The notes under the pieces: generated by a model | Seen by the model: the letters and a program-made list of their open reading frames with translations, nothing else | What the model was told of the DNA's origin: nothing | Database searches by the model: none | From: a virus | Lineage: Duplodnaviria; Heunggongvirae; Uroviricota; Caudoviricetes | Virus record (IMG/VR): IMGVR_UViG_2563366934_000005 | Length of the DNA stretch: 35,675 nt | Reading direction: 5' to 3' (one strand) | Position numbers and translations under genes: made by a program | Shown here: positions 18,265 through 26,782 of the stretch, in pieces | Layout: each line of letters starts with the position of its first letter | How positions within the stretch are numbered: the first letter of the stretch is position 1

Positions 18265-18544
18265 TGAGTAATCTCGTGATGGTTTTCTCGCGCTGTGCTT
18301 CACGCTTCGCGGCGTTCTCCAGTTCCTGACGCAGAGCCACCTGCGCCAGCTCGTTTTTGTCTGCTCTGGTGAGGGCAACATGAAGCTGATTTTTCAGCAT
18401 GGTGATGGTCACCTGCTGTTCACTGGCGACGTTGTTCACCCTGTCCAGCGAGGCGCGCAGGCTGGCGTTTTCATGCTTCGCCAGAAACAGCCCCGCCACC
18501 GCCAGTGATAACAACACAACCAGCACAATCATCAGTTTTGACAT
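18119..18544 (-). CDS. lysB: LysB, Rz-like inner-membrane spanin
   Basis: 141 aa, the P2 LysB length. N-terminal transmembrane segment followed by a coiled coil. Confidence 0.75.
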   Translation of the reverse strand: MSKLMIVLVVLLSLAVAGLFLAKHENASLRASLDRVNNVASEQQVTITMLKNQLHVALTRADKNELAQVALRQELENAAKREAQREKTITRLLNENEDFRRWYGADLPDAVRRLHQRPACTDASDCRQRLPESEPLPDAGQ

Positions 18545-18957
18545 GGTTCCCGCCCCTCAAAACGCTGACGGCAGGCCGTACGTATCAGCCGGAAAAACAG
18601 TGACGCCACGAGATAAATCAGCGCGGTAAAAATCCATCCGGCGGCGACCAGCGAGATAAATGTCGCCACCATCACTACCAGAGCCACTGACCGCCTGCGC
18701 CACGGCACCGGCTGCAAAAACAGCGCCGTGACAATCTTCACGGCCAGCGATTCCGGCGGCAGCTCCCGCCCGTAGCGTTCCAGTACATACTCAGTGGCAT
18801 ACACGCCGATACCACCGGCAACCACACAGATAACCGTCGCCAGAATCGCCCAGGTGGCGACAAAACTGACGGCCACGCTCTGCGGGTAAATCAGGGACAG
18901 TGCCAGCATCAGCGCCAGCGACACATTCAGCATCAGTGAAAGGGATAATTTCTTCAT
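18532..18957 (-). CDS. lysA: LysA lysis-timing membrane protein
   Basis: 141 aa, the P2 LysA length; multi-pass hydrophobic protein. Confidence 0.7.
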   Translation of the reverse strand: MKKLSLSLMLNVSLALMLALSLIYPQSVAVSFVATWAILATVICVVAGGIGVYATEYVLERYGRELPPESLAVKIVTALFLQPVPWRRRSVALVVMVATFISLVAAGWIFTALIYLVASLFFRLIRTACRQRFEGREPCQN

Positions 18958-18971
18958 GGTGTTTACTCCGT

Positions 18972-19469
18972 TTAAGCCGGTACGCCGCCGGCGGTACGCC
19001 AGACGGTGACCAGTTTTTCCAGTGAATGCTCACGCTGACCGTAACCGGCTCCCGGCAGGGACGCCCAGATATTGCGACAGCGTGAAATGGCGCGCTCAAT
19101 ACGTCCCGCCAGGATGTCATCCAGCGCACCGCGTTCGCGGATCAACTGAATGGCGAGTCTGTCCTGTGACAACGGACTGAAATCCGGCAGGGCAAGCTGT
19201 TTGCGGTAGTGCGGCCAGAACAGGTAAAGCTGCTGATAGCGACCGGAGGCCGTGGACTTTTCACCGCGACGGTTAAACACCTTCGCCGGTCGGCCATGCG
19301 CGAACGGGTGGTCACTGTAGTCGGTGAAGATTTCCGGCTTTCCGTCCAGTCCGGTGACTATCACGTCATAGCCCCGGTTTTTCGTCAGCGGATGATTCGC
19401 CGTCCCTTCGGACACGGCCAGCATGTCGAGAAAGGCGGCGATATTCTGATGCGTGTTAATTACCGGCAT
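18972..19469 (-). CDS. K: endolysin K
   Basis: 165 aa, the P2 gpK length, downstream of the holin. Confidence 0.8.
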   Translation of the reverse strand: MPVINTHQNIAAFLDMLAVSEGTANHPLTKNRGYDVIVTGLDGKPEIFTDYSDHPFAHGRPAKVFNRRGEKSTASGRYQQLYLFWPHYRKQLALPDFSPLSQDRLAIQLIRERGALDDILAGRIERAISRCRNIWASLPGAGYGQREHSLEKLVTVWRTAGGVPA

Positions 19470-19750
19470 TACGGTTTCCCCCTGCCCTTAAAGCGGCGCT
19501 GAATGGCAATCTCAATCACCTGATAACCGGCGATACCCAGCATGGAGCCGATGCCGCACACCGCAGGCAGTGACAGGTCAGGAAACTGCACCAGAACAAC
19601 ACCGGCAACCATCGAGACAAAACCACCGAGCAACATGCGCCCGATAAACAGACGCGGGGTGATGGGTTCACCACCGGCAAGCACCTTGCCGACAACAATC
19701 AGCACCCCAATCATGAAAAGCGACAGGACGCTTTTTTCTTCTGCTGTCAT
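19469..19750 (-). CDS. Y: holin Y
   Basis: 93 aa, the P2 gpY length; hydrophobic transmembrane segments. Confidence 0.8.
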   Translation of the reverse strand: MTAEEKSVLSLFMIGVLIVVGKVLAGGEPITPRLFIGRMLLGGFVSMVAGVVLVQFPDLSLPAVCGIGSMLGIAGYQVIEIAIQRRFKGRGKP

Positions 19751-19753
19751 GCG

Positions 19754-19957
19754 TTACTCCCAAAGATTGACAGTTTCAGCCACGGGCGCGGTCTGAACGT
19801 CGGGCAGTTCGACGGCGGTGCCGTGTGGCAGCACCGCACCCAGTTCAGCCAGTCCCGGATTTGCGGCGAGCACGGTCTCAACCACGCCCTCAGTGCGCCC
19901 GTAATACCGGACACAAATGGCGTCGAGCGTGTCGCCCTGTAGCGCAAAGGTCTTCAT
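19754..19957 (-). CDS. X: tail protein X
   Basis: 67 aa from the ATG at 19957 (MKTFALQGDTLDAICVRYYG...), the P2 gpX length. ATGA start/stop overlap with L. Confidence 0.7.
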   Translation of the reverse strand: MKTFALQGDTLDAICVRYYGRTEGVVETVLAANPGLAELGAVLPHGTAVELPDVQTAPVAETVNLWE

Positions 19958-20466
19958 CAGATTTGACTCACGATGCAGCGCGGCTTGTCCTGGATACGCG
20001 CCACCGCCCAGCGCATATCCCGCCACAGTTCATCAATGGTGCTGTCAATGCTGTCAGCCTTCTTGTCGCCTTTCGCACTGGCATCCACACCGCGATAACG
20101 CTCATAAAGCGACGCGGTCGCCATCGCACACACGGCGCGCTCGTAGTAAAAAACTTTGATACTTTCACCGTCGATGTCGTCCGCCGGAACGTCCGCCAGA
20201 CGCGTAAAACCGGCGGCAATTTTCTGTTCGCGGTACTCGTACAGCTCCGCATTTGTTTCCGCCATGCCTGACTTGATGGCCTCACGCAGACGGGCGGGGG
20301 CGACGGTCTGCTCAAGGCGCATACGTTCCCGGACGCGCTTCGGGTCGATATCGGGAAAAAAGAACGTGTTTTTAATCACCGGCTCGTCGCCTGCCGGTTG
20401 CGGGATGACCACCGTACCCTCACCGGACACGGGAGCCTCCTTTCGCGGAATAATCAGCGTCATCAT
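19957..20466 (-). CDS. L: head completion protein L
   Basis: 169 aa from the ATG at 20466 with a GAGG ribosome-binding site, the P2 gpL length. Confidence 0.75.
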   Translation of the reverse strand: MMTLIIPRKEAPVSGEGTVVIPQPAGDEPVIKNTFFFPDIDPKRVRERMRLEQTVAPARLREAIKSGMAETNAELYEYREQKIAAGFTRLADVPADDIDGESIKVFYYERAVCAMATASLYERYRGVDASAKGDKKADSIDSTIDELWRDMRWAVARIQDKPRCIVSQI

Positions 20467-20565
20467 GACTACCTCTGAAAAGTCGGGCGGTGGACGCCAG
20501 TACAGTGTCAGGTGATTCACCCTCACTGACCGGCGTGCCGCCCTGGCGCGGGGCGCATTCGGTTG

Positions 20566-21309
20566 TTAACTGGCTTTCTTTTTCGGGCGTCCACGTTTTG
20601 CCGGTGTCACGCTCCGGATCTTACGCGGGGCGCGGGTGGCCGCTTTTGGCTGCGGCTCCGGCTTCGGTTTCAGTTCCCGCTCCAGTCGTTCAATCTCTTT
20701 TTTGACGCCTGCCTGACAGTCGAGCTGTGTCGCACGTTGCAGGTGCGCCAGCGCACCGGCGGCATCACCACCGTCACGCAGAAACAGACCGGTGATTTTG
20801 TGCAGCTTTGCGCGCACTTCATCAGGCATGTCAGCCGTGGCGGTCAGTTCAAGGGTCTCCGTCAGCAGGCGGATATCCACAGATTCACCGGCAGCGTGAG
20901 CGCGCATGGCCGCGAGTGCGACCTCCTCGGTGAACATGTACGGCGGGGTGCGGCGGTGTTTACCCGGCATGGTCAGACCGTACTTCAGGGCATAACGGGC
21001 AATCTCCAGCGCACCGGCAATATCGCCGGTATCCAGACGCCACAGCATGACCGTCATCAGAATGTCATCCTGTGCACCTTTGCCCTGCTCCAGCACGCCG
21101 TTCACCCACGGCAACCAGAACGGCAGCAGTTCGCGTTTTTTCGCGGCCTTCAGCTCTTTTGAATAAATCGCTTTCAGTGTGCGCTGGTCTGCGGCGAGCT
21201 TAACCAGCATCTGCTCATAGACAGTTGCATGTCGCAGCGGGGCGGCTTCCCGCTGCGCGGTCATCGCTGCCGAGACCCGCATCATGTGGCGCTGTGCGGG
21301 ACTCGTCAT
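20566..21309 (-). CDS. M: terminase small (endonuclease) subunit M
   Basis: 247 aa, the P2 gpM length. Confidence 0.8.
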   Translation of the reverse strand: MTSPAQRHMMRVSAAMTAQREAAPLRHATVYEQMLVKLAADQRTLKAIYSKELKAAKKRELLPFWLPWVNGVLEQGKGAQDDILMTVMLWRLDTGDIAGALEIARYALKYGLTMPGKHRRTPPYMFTEEVALAAMRAHAAGESVDIRLLTETLELTATADMPDEVRAKLHKITGLFLRDGGDAAGALAHLQRATQLDCQAGVKKEIERLERELKPKPEPQPKAATRAPRKIRSVTPAKRGRPKKKAS

Positions 21310-21312
21310 CGG

Positions 21313-22386
21313 TTACGCTCCCGGCTCTGCGGTCGCCTTAGCCGGTGTGGAGAAATCACCGACCTTAATTTTTTCCACCAGGCAACCGGCGGCGTAGTCT
21401 TCCACCACGTAATCAATGTTCATTGACTCGTAGTTCTCCACGCGGTCGAGTTTCGGGTTTTCCTCAATCACGCGGCGATGGCTGTCATCCATGTAGTAGA
21501 TGGACAGGTTTTCCAGCTTCGTGATGAGCATCGCATCCGCCGGGAAGTACGGGACGCGTACCGCTGGCAGGTTGCCGATGCGTTTCTGGCTGATGATGAC
21601 GTCAGCGGCCAGCATTTCGCTGTTGTCCTGCTCCTTGTTAACGATGGGGAAATACTTGTCCGCCAGTAGCTGACGCCCCACAATCACCACAAGGTCAGGG
21701 TCTTCCTGATACCACGGCTCAATCAGGTTGTTGGTCGCATCCATCACCAGTGCGTCAAGGCTGGCATAATCACCGCCCTTACCCACGCGGATGACCTCAG
21801 ATGTGGTGTGCCCTTCCTCGTCAGTGACCTTGCTCATCACGCGCGCCGGTGCTTCATTGCGGTATTTCTGCAGCCAGCCGACCGCCACATCCTGCAGCAT
21901 CGGATTACTGCTGCGGTCAGAGGTTTCGGCACGCTTCACGCCGTTAAAACCGGCCATGATGAAATCAAGGGACTGGCGTTTGATAATGGCGTTACGGATA
22001 CGGAGCTGGAAATCCTGATAACGCGCCCACAGGTCCAGCGTTTTGTAGCGGATATAAAAATCGAAGTTAATCTGGTCGCATTCGTACTTGTTTGACGCCA
22101 GCTTCGAGAAGTCCTTCGGCTGACGCTCGGTGCCACCGGCGGTGTCGGTGGTGCTGGCGATGGAGCCGGTGACACCAATACCAATTTTTTCCCCTTTCAT
22201 TTCGCTGACCGGCACAATGTTGATGCGGGTCAGAAAATCAGAGGACTCCTGCATGGTGTTCATCAGGGTCTGAGTGACCGACGGTTCAACGGTGAATTTT
22301 TTCGACACATCACCGGCGTCGATGCCGTTCAGTTCGGCAACACGGGACAGGTAGGCATTAAATTTAAAGCGGGTTTCCTGGCGCAT
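21313..22386 (-). CDS. N: major capsid protein N
   Basis: 357 aa, the P2 gpN length. Confidence 0.85.
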   Translation of the reverse strand: MRQETRFKFNAYLSRVAELNGIDAGDVSKKFTVEPSVTQTLMNTMQESSDFLTRINIVPVSEMKGEKIGIGVTGSIASTTDTAGGTERQPKDFSKLASNKYECDQINFDFYIRYKTLDLWARYQDFQLRIRNAIIKRQSLDFIMAGFNGVKRAETSDRSSNPMLQDVAVGWLQKYRNEAPARVMSKVTDEEGHTTSEVIRVGKGGDYASLDALVMDATNNLIEPWYQEDPDLVVIVGRQLLADKYFPIVNKEQDNSEMLAADVIISQKRIGNLPAVRVPYFPADAMLITKLENLSIYYMDDSHRRVIEENPKLDRVENYESMNIDYVVEDYAAGCLVEKIKVGDFSTPAKATAEPGA

Positions 22387-22444
22387 AGTTTTTCCTGAAA
22401 TTAAGGGTTAATCGTGAAGGTTTTCCCGGACTGACTGACGCCGG

Positions 22445-23299
22445 TCAGCAGTTCGTCATCAGGGCGTCACCGCCACCACCGGTGGCCTTGCTGCGGCGCT
22501 GCTGGGTCAGACTTTCGGTGTTGTCGAGACTGTTTTTCAGGCGGGTGAATGCCTGGCTGGTTTCATCCGCCCTGTCAGTCACCTCCTGCTTAAGTGCGGA
22601 AAAGGCGGTTTCCATCTCAGCGAGGCGCTGCTCAGTGGCGCTCAGTTTTTCCTGCACATGTTCAGCAACAGCGGTCACCGCTTCATGCACGTCATTCAGA
22701 CGGGCGTCATCGCTGGCCTGTTTGCGGCCAAAAATGGATTTCACCTTTTCGGTCAGGGCGGTGAACACGGTTTCAGGCAGGTCTTCAAATTCCAGCTCAA
22801 CGGGCGTTGCCACTGAAATAAGGTTCTCAGGGCTTAATTTGAAGCGGTTCAGGGGGTTGTGTTTTGCCGTGCGGCAGAATTCCAGGTATTCCGTACCGAG
22901 GCTTGCCGGGTCATCGGTGACGGCCAGCCCCACCAGATAACATTTGCCGGTGTTGGCAAAGTTCGGCTGAATTTCCATTGAGGTATAGACCTTCTGCGCG
23001 GCCTTGTTCATCGCGATAAGGTCATCGGTCGGGGTGATTTTCGCAAACAGCGCCCATTTGCCTTTCAGCGCCGAATCATCGTCAATCTTTTCGGCCTTCA
23101 GTTCGGCCACATCGCCATAACGCTTAAAAATACCGTCAGGCAGGATGCCGCGCAGATGTTCCAGGTTAATGCGGCAACCATAGACTCGCGGGTCAAAGGT
23201 TTCGGCCATTTCCTGAATATCCTGCGCACTGATGACACGCCCGTCACAGGTGTCACCTTCAACGCCGATACGAAAGAATTTTGAGACTTTTTTTGCCAT
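22445..23299 (-). CDS. O: capsid scaffolding protein O
   Basis: 284 aa from the ATG at 23299 (MAKKVSKFFRIGVEGD...) with an AGGA ribosome-binding site, the P2 gpO length. Confidence 0.8.
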   Translation of the reverse strand: MAKKVSKFFRIGVEGDTCDGRVISAQDIQEMAETFDPRVYGCRINLEHLRGILPDGIFKRYGDVAELKAEKIDDDSALKGKWALFAKITPTDDLIAMNKAAQKVYTSMEIQPNFANTGKCYLVGLAVTDDPASLGTEYLEFCRTAKHNPLNRFKLSPENLISVATPVELEFEDLPETVFTALTEKVKSIFGRKQASDDARLNDVHEAVTAVAEHVQEKLSATEQRLAEMETAFSALKQEVTDRADETSQAFTRLKNSLDNTESLTQQRRSKATGGGGDALMTNC

Positions 23300-23472
23300 T
23301 GTCAGGAGTCCTGAATAGTGATTAGAGGAGTCACATGTCGGCATCAGTTTCCCGACGATGCGCATCCTCCGCCATCAGTCCCGGATGGCTTATCACTGAC
23401 ACAACAGCACCTTAGCGAATCGCGGGACGCGACTCAGTAGCCTTGCCGTGTATTCATCACGGCGAGGTATTC
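23300..23472. promoter_or_regulatory. divergent late promoter region between O and P
   Basis: 173-bp intergenic region between the divergently transcribed O-N-M-L and P-Q operons. In P2 this holds two Ogr-dependent promoters. Exact elements not resolved by eye. Confidence 0.35.
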
Positions 23473-25245
23473 ATGACCATCACCACAGACACCACTCTTT
23501 TACACGACCCGCGTCGTCAGGCGGCGCTGCTGTACTGGCAGGGGTTTTCCGTGCCGCAGATTGCCGCCATGTTGCAGATGAAACGCCCGACGGTGCAGAG
23601 CTGGAAACAGCGCGACGGCTGGGACAGCGTTGCCCCCATCAGCCGTGTCGAAATGAGTCTGGAAGCGCGGCTGACCCAGCTCATCATCAAACCGCAGAAA
23701 ACCGGCGGTGACTTCAAGGAAATTGACCTGCTGGGACGCCAGATTGAACGACTGGCACGGGTAAACCGTTACAGTCAGACCGGCAACGAGGCAGACCTTA
23801 ATCCGAACGTCGCTAACCGCAACAAAGGCGGGCGGCGCAAACCGAAAAAGAATTTTTTCAGTGACGAGGCCATCGAAAAGCTGGAGCAGATTTTCTTTGA
23901 GCAGTCTTTCGAATATCAGCTGCACTGGTATCGCGCCGGGCTTGAGCACCGCATCCGCGATATCCTGAAATCCCGCCAGATTGGCGCGACGTTTTATTTT
24001 TCCCGCGAGGCGCTGCTGCGCGCCCTGAAAACCGGCCATAACCAGATTTTTCTGTCGGCCAGTAAAACGCAGGCGTATGTGTTCCGCGAATACATCATCG
24101 CCTTTGCCCGTCTGGTTGACGTTGACCTGACCGGTGACCCGATTGTCCTGGGCAATAACGGTGCAAAACTGATTTTTCTCGGCACCAACTCCAACACCGC
24201 ACAGAGCCATAACGGCGACCTGTACGTCGATGAGATTTTCTGGATCCCGAATTTTCAGGTACTGCGTAAGGTGGCATCAGGTATGGCCTCACAGAGTCAC
24301 CTGCGTTCGACCTATTTCTCCACCCCGTCCACGCTGGCGCACGACGCCTACCCGTTCTGGTCGGGTGAACTGTATAACCGGGGACGCGCCAGCGCCGCCG
24401 AACGCGTGGAAATCGACGTCAGTCATAACGCCCTTGCCGGTGGGCTTCTCTGTGCGGACGGTCAGTGGCGACAGATTGTCACCATTGAGGACGCCCTGAA
24501 AGGTGGCTGCACGCTGTTCGACATTGAGCAGCTCAAACGCGAAAACAGCGCCGACGATTTTAAAAACCTGTTCATGTGTGAATTTGTTGACGACAAGGCG
24601 TCGGTGTTCCCGTTCGAGGAGCTGCAACGCTGCATGGTCGACACGCTGGAAGAATGGGAAGACTATGCACCCTTTGCCGCCAATCCGTTCGGCTCCCGCC
24701 CGGTATGGATTGGTTACGACCCGTCACACCGTGGCGACAGCGCCGGATGCGTGGTGCTGGCACCGCCGGTGGTGGCCGGTGGCAAATTCAGAATACTTGA
24801 GCGTCACCAGTGGAAAGGCATGGACTTTGCCACCCAGGCTGAATCCATCCGCAAACTCACCGAAAAATATAACGTCGAATACATCGGTATTGATGCCACC
24901 GGCCTCGGTGTCGGCGTGTTCCAGCTCGTGCGCTCGTTCTATCCCGCCGCGCGCGACATCCGCTACACGCCGGAAATGAAAACCGCAATGGTGCTCAAGG
25001 CAAAAGACGTTATCCGCCGTGGCTGTCTGGAATATGACGTCAGCGCCACCGACATCACCAGCTCGTTTATGGCTATCCGCAAGACCATGACCAGCAGTGG
25101 ACGCAGCGCCACCTATGAGGCCAGCCGCAGCGAGGAAGCCAGCCACGCCGACCTCGCCTGGGCGACCATGCACGCCCTGTTAAATGAGCCACTCACCGCC
25201 GGTATCAGCACCCCGCTGACATCCACCATTCTGGAGTTTTACTGA
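23473..25245 (+). CDS. P: terminase large (ATPase) subunit P
   Basis: 590 aa from the ATG at 23473 (MTITTDTTLLHD...), the P2 gpP length. GAGG ribosome-binding site; TGATG overlap with Q. Confidence 0.85.
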   Translation: MTITTDTTLLHDPRRQAALLYWQGFSVPQIAAMLQMKRPTVQSWKQRDGWDSVAPISRVEMSLEARLTQLIIKPQKTGGDFKEIDLLGRQIERLARVNRYSQTGNEADLNPNVANRNKGGRRKPKKNFFSDEAIEKLEQIFFEQSFEYQLHWYRAGLEHRIRDILKSRQIGATFYFSREALLRALKTGHNQIFLSASKTQAYVFREYIIAFARLVDVDLTGDPIVLGNNGAKLIFLGTNSNTAQSHNGDLYVDEIFWIPNFQVLRKVASGMASQSHLRSTYFSTPSTLAHDAYPFWSGELYNRGRASAAERVEIDVSHNALAGGLLCADGQWRQIVTIEDALKGGCTLFDIEQLKRENSADDFKNLFMCEFVDDKASVFPFEELQRCMVDTLEEWEDYAPFAANPFGSRPVWIGYDPSHRGDSAGCVVLAPPVVAGGKFRILERHQWKGMDFATQAESIRKLTEKYNVEYIGIDATGLGVGVFQLVRSFYPAARDIRYTPEMKTAMVLKAKDVIRRGCLEYDVSATDITSSFMAIRKTMTSSGRSATYEASRSEEASHADLAWATMHALLNEPLTAGISTPLTSTILEFY

Positions 25246-26279
25246 TGAGCAAGAAAAAAGGGAAAACACCGCAACCTGCGGCAAAAAAAATGACCGCCAG
25301 CGCCCCGAAAATGGAGGCATTCACCTTTGGTGAGCCGGTGCCGGTACTCGACCGCCGTGACATTCTAGATTACGTCGAGTGCATCAGTAACGGCAGATGG
25401 TATGAGCCGCCGGTCAGCTTTACCGGTCTGGCAAAAAGCCTGCGTGCTGCCGTACATCACAGCTCACCGATTTACGTCAAACGTAATATTCTGGCCTCGA
25501 CATTTATCCCGCATCCGTGGCTTTCCCAGCAGGATTTCAGCCGCTTTGTGCTGGATTTTCTGGTGTTCGGTAATGCGTTTCTGGAAAAGCGTTACAGCAC
25601 TACCGGTAAGGTCATCAGACTGGAAACCTCACCGGCAAAATATACCCGCCGTGGCGTGGAGGAGGATGTTTACTGGTGGGTGCCGTCCTTCAACGAGCCG
25701 ACAGCCTTCGCGCCCGGTTCCGTGTTTCACCTGCTGGAGCCCGATATTAATCAGGAGCTGTACGGCCTGCCGGAATATCTCAGCGCCCTTAACTCTGCCT
25801 GGCTGAATGAATCGGCCACGCTGTTCCGCCGCAAGTATTACGAAAACGGCGCACATGCCGGATACATCATGTACGTCACCGATGCCGTGCAGGATCGCAA
25901 CGATATCGAAATGCTTCGCGAAAACATGGTGAAGTCGAAAGGCCGCAACAACTTTAAAAATCTGTTTCTCTATGCCCCGCAGGGGAAAGCCGACGGCATT
26001 AAAATTATCCCGCTCAGTGAAGTGGCAACGAAGGACGATTTTTTTAATATCAAAAAAGTCAGCGCCGCTGACCTGCTGGACGCACACCGCATCTCCTTTC
26101 AGTTGATGGGCGGCAAGCCGGAGAACGTCGGGTCACTGGGAGATATTGAGAAAGTGGCAAAGGTCTTTGTCCGCAATGAGCTTATCCCGTTACAGGACAG
26201 GATCCGCGAGATAAACGGCTGGCTCGGTCAGGAGGTCATCCGCTTTAAAAACTACTCACTGGACACTGACAACGGCTGA
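25245..26279 (+). CDS. Q: portal protein Q
   Basis: 344 aa, the P2 gpQ length, reading toward cos. Confidence 0.85.
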   Translation: MSKKKGKTPQPAAKKMTASAPKMEAFTFGEPVPVLDRRDILDYVECISNGRWYEPPVSFTGLAKSLRAAVHHSSPIYVKRNILASTFIPHPWLSQQDFSRFVLDFLVFGNAFLEKRYSTTGKVIRLETSPAKYTRRGVEEDVYWWVPSFNEPTAFAPGSVFHLLEPDINQELYGLPEYLSALNSAWLNESATLFRRKYYENGAHAGYIMYVTDAVQDRNDIEMLRENMVKSKGRNNFKNLFLYAPQGKADGIKIIPLSEVATKDDFFNIKKVSAADLLDAHRISFQLMGGKPENVGSLGDIEKVAKVFVRNELIPLQDRIREINGWLGQEVIRFKNYSLDTDNG

Positions 26280-26286
26280 ACATCGC

Positions 26287-26308
26287 CGCCTGCGGGCGGC
26301 TTTTTTAC
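26287..26308 (+). terminator. intrinsic terminator after the P-Q operon
   Basis: GCCGCC-TGCG-GGCGGC hairpin followed by TTTTTT, immediately after the Q stop. Confidence 0.7.
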
Positions 26309-26448
26309 AACCCGCCATCACGCCCTCACACGCTCACCACCGCACAAAACAGCCCGCATACACACCAACGCCCCGGCGCACAATCTAAACGCCATCACGA
26401 CGCGCTCAGACGCTGAAAAAATAAAATCAGCACCACCGCCAGCGCGCA

Positions 26449-26467
26449 GTGCTTTCCCCGCCTCGCC
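26449..26467. other. cos site (19-nt cohesive-end sequence)
   Basis: GTGCTTTCCCCGCCTCGCC is the reverse complement of GGCGAGGCGGGGAAAGCAC, which I recall as the P2 cohesive end. It lies between Q and the old/tin-position cargo, as in P2. Confidence 0.7.
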
Positions 26468-26782
26468 CGCCCGCTTCATGGGGCGGTTTTAATGCAGTTG
26501 CATGATGAAACTGAAATCACATCAGAACTGACCGAAACTGACAAAAAGAATAGTATCTGACACATGCAAAAACACGCACTTAATATACGCCTATCTATAG
26601 CTCCTACAGGATTGTCAAAAAACGACCAACTCGTCATAGCGTAAACACATTTGGCTCAACGAACACTTACGTTATATGCCTCTTGAACATATCAAAGTCT
26701 TAAGGTAGATCTTTACCACTAAGTGGCTATATTAAGCTGCTTTTTTACATACAATAAAAGCTTTATCGTATGAGGCATAAAA

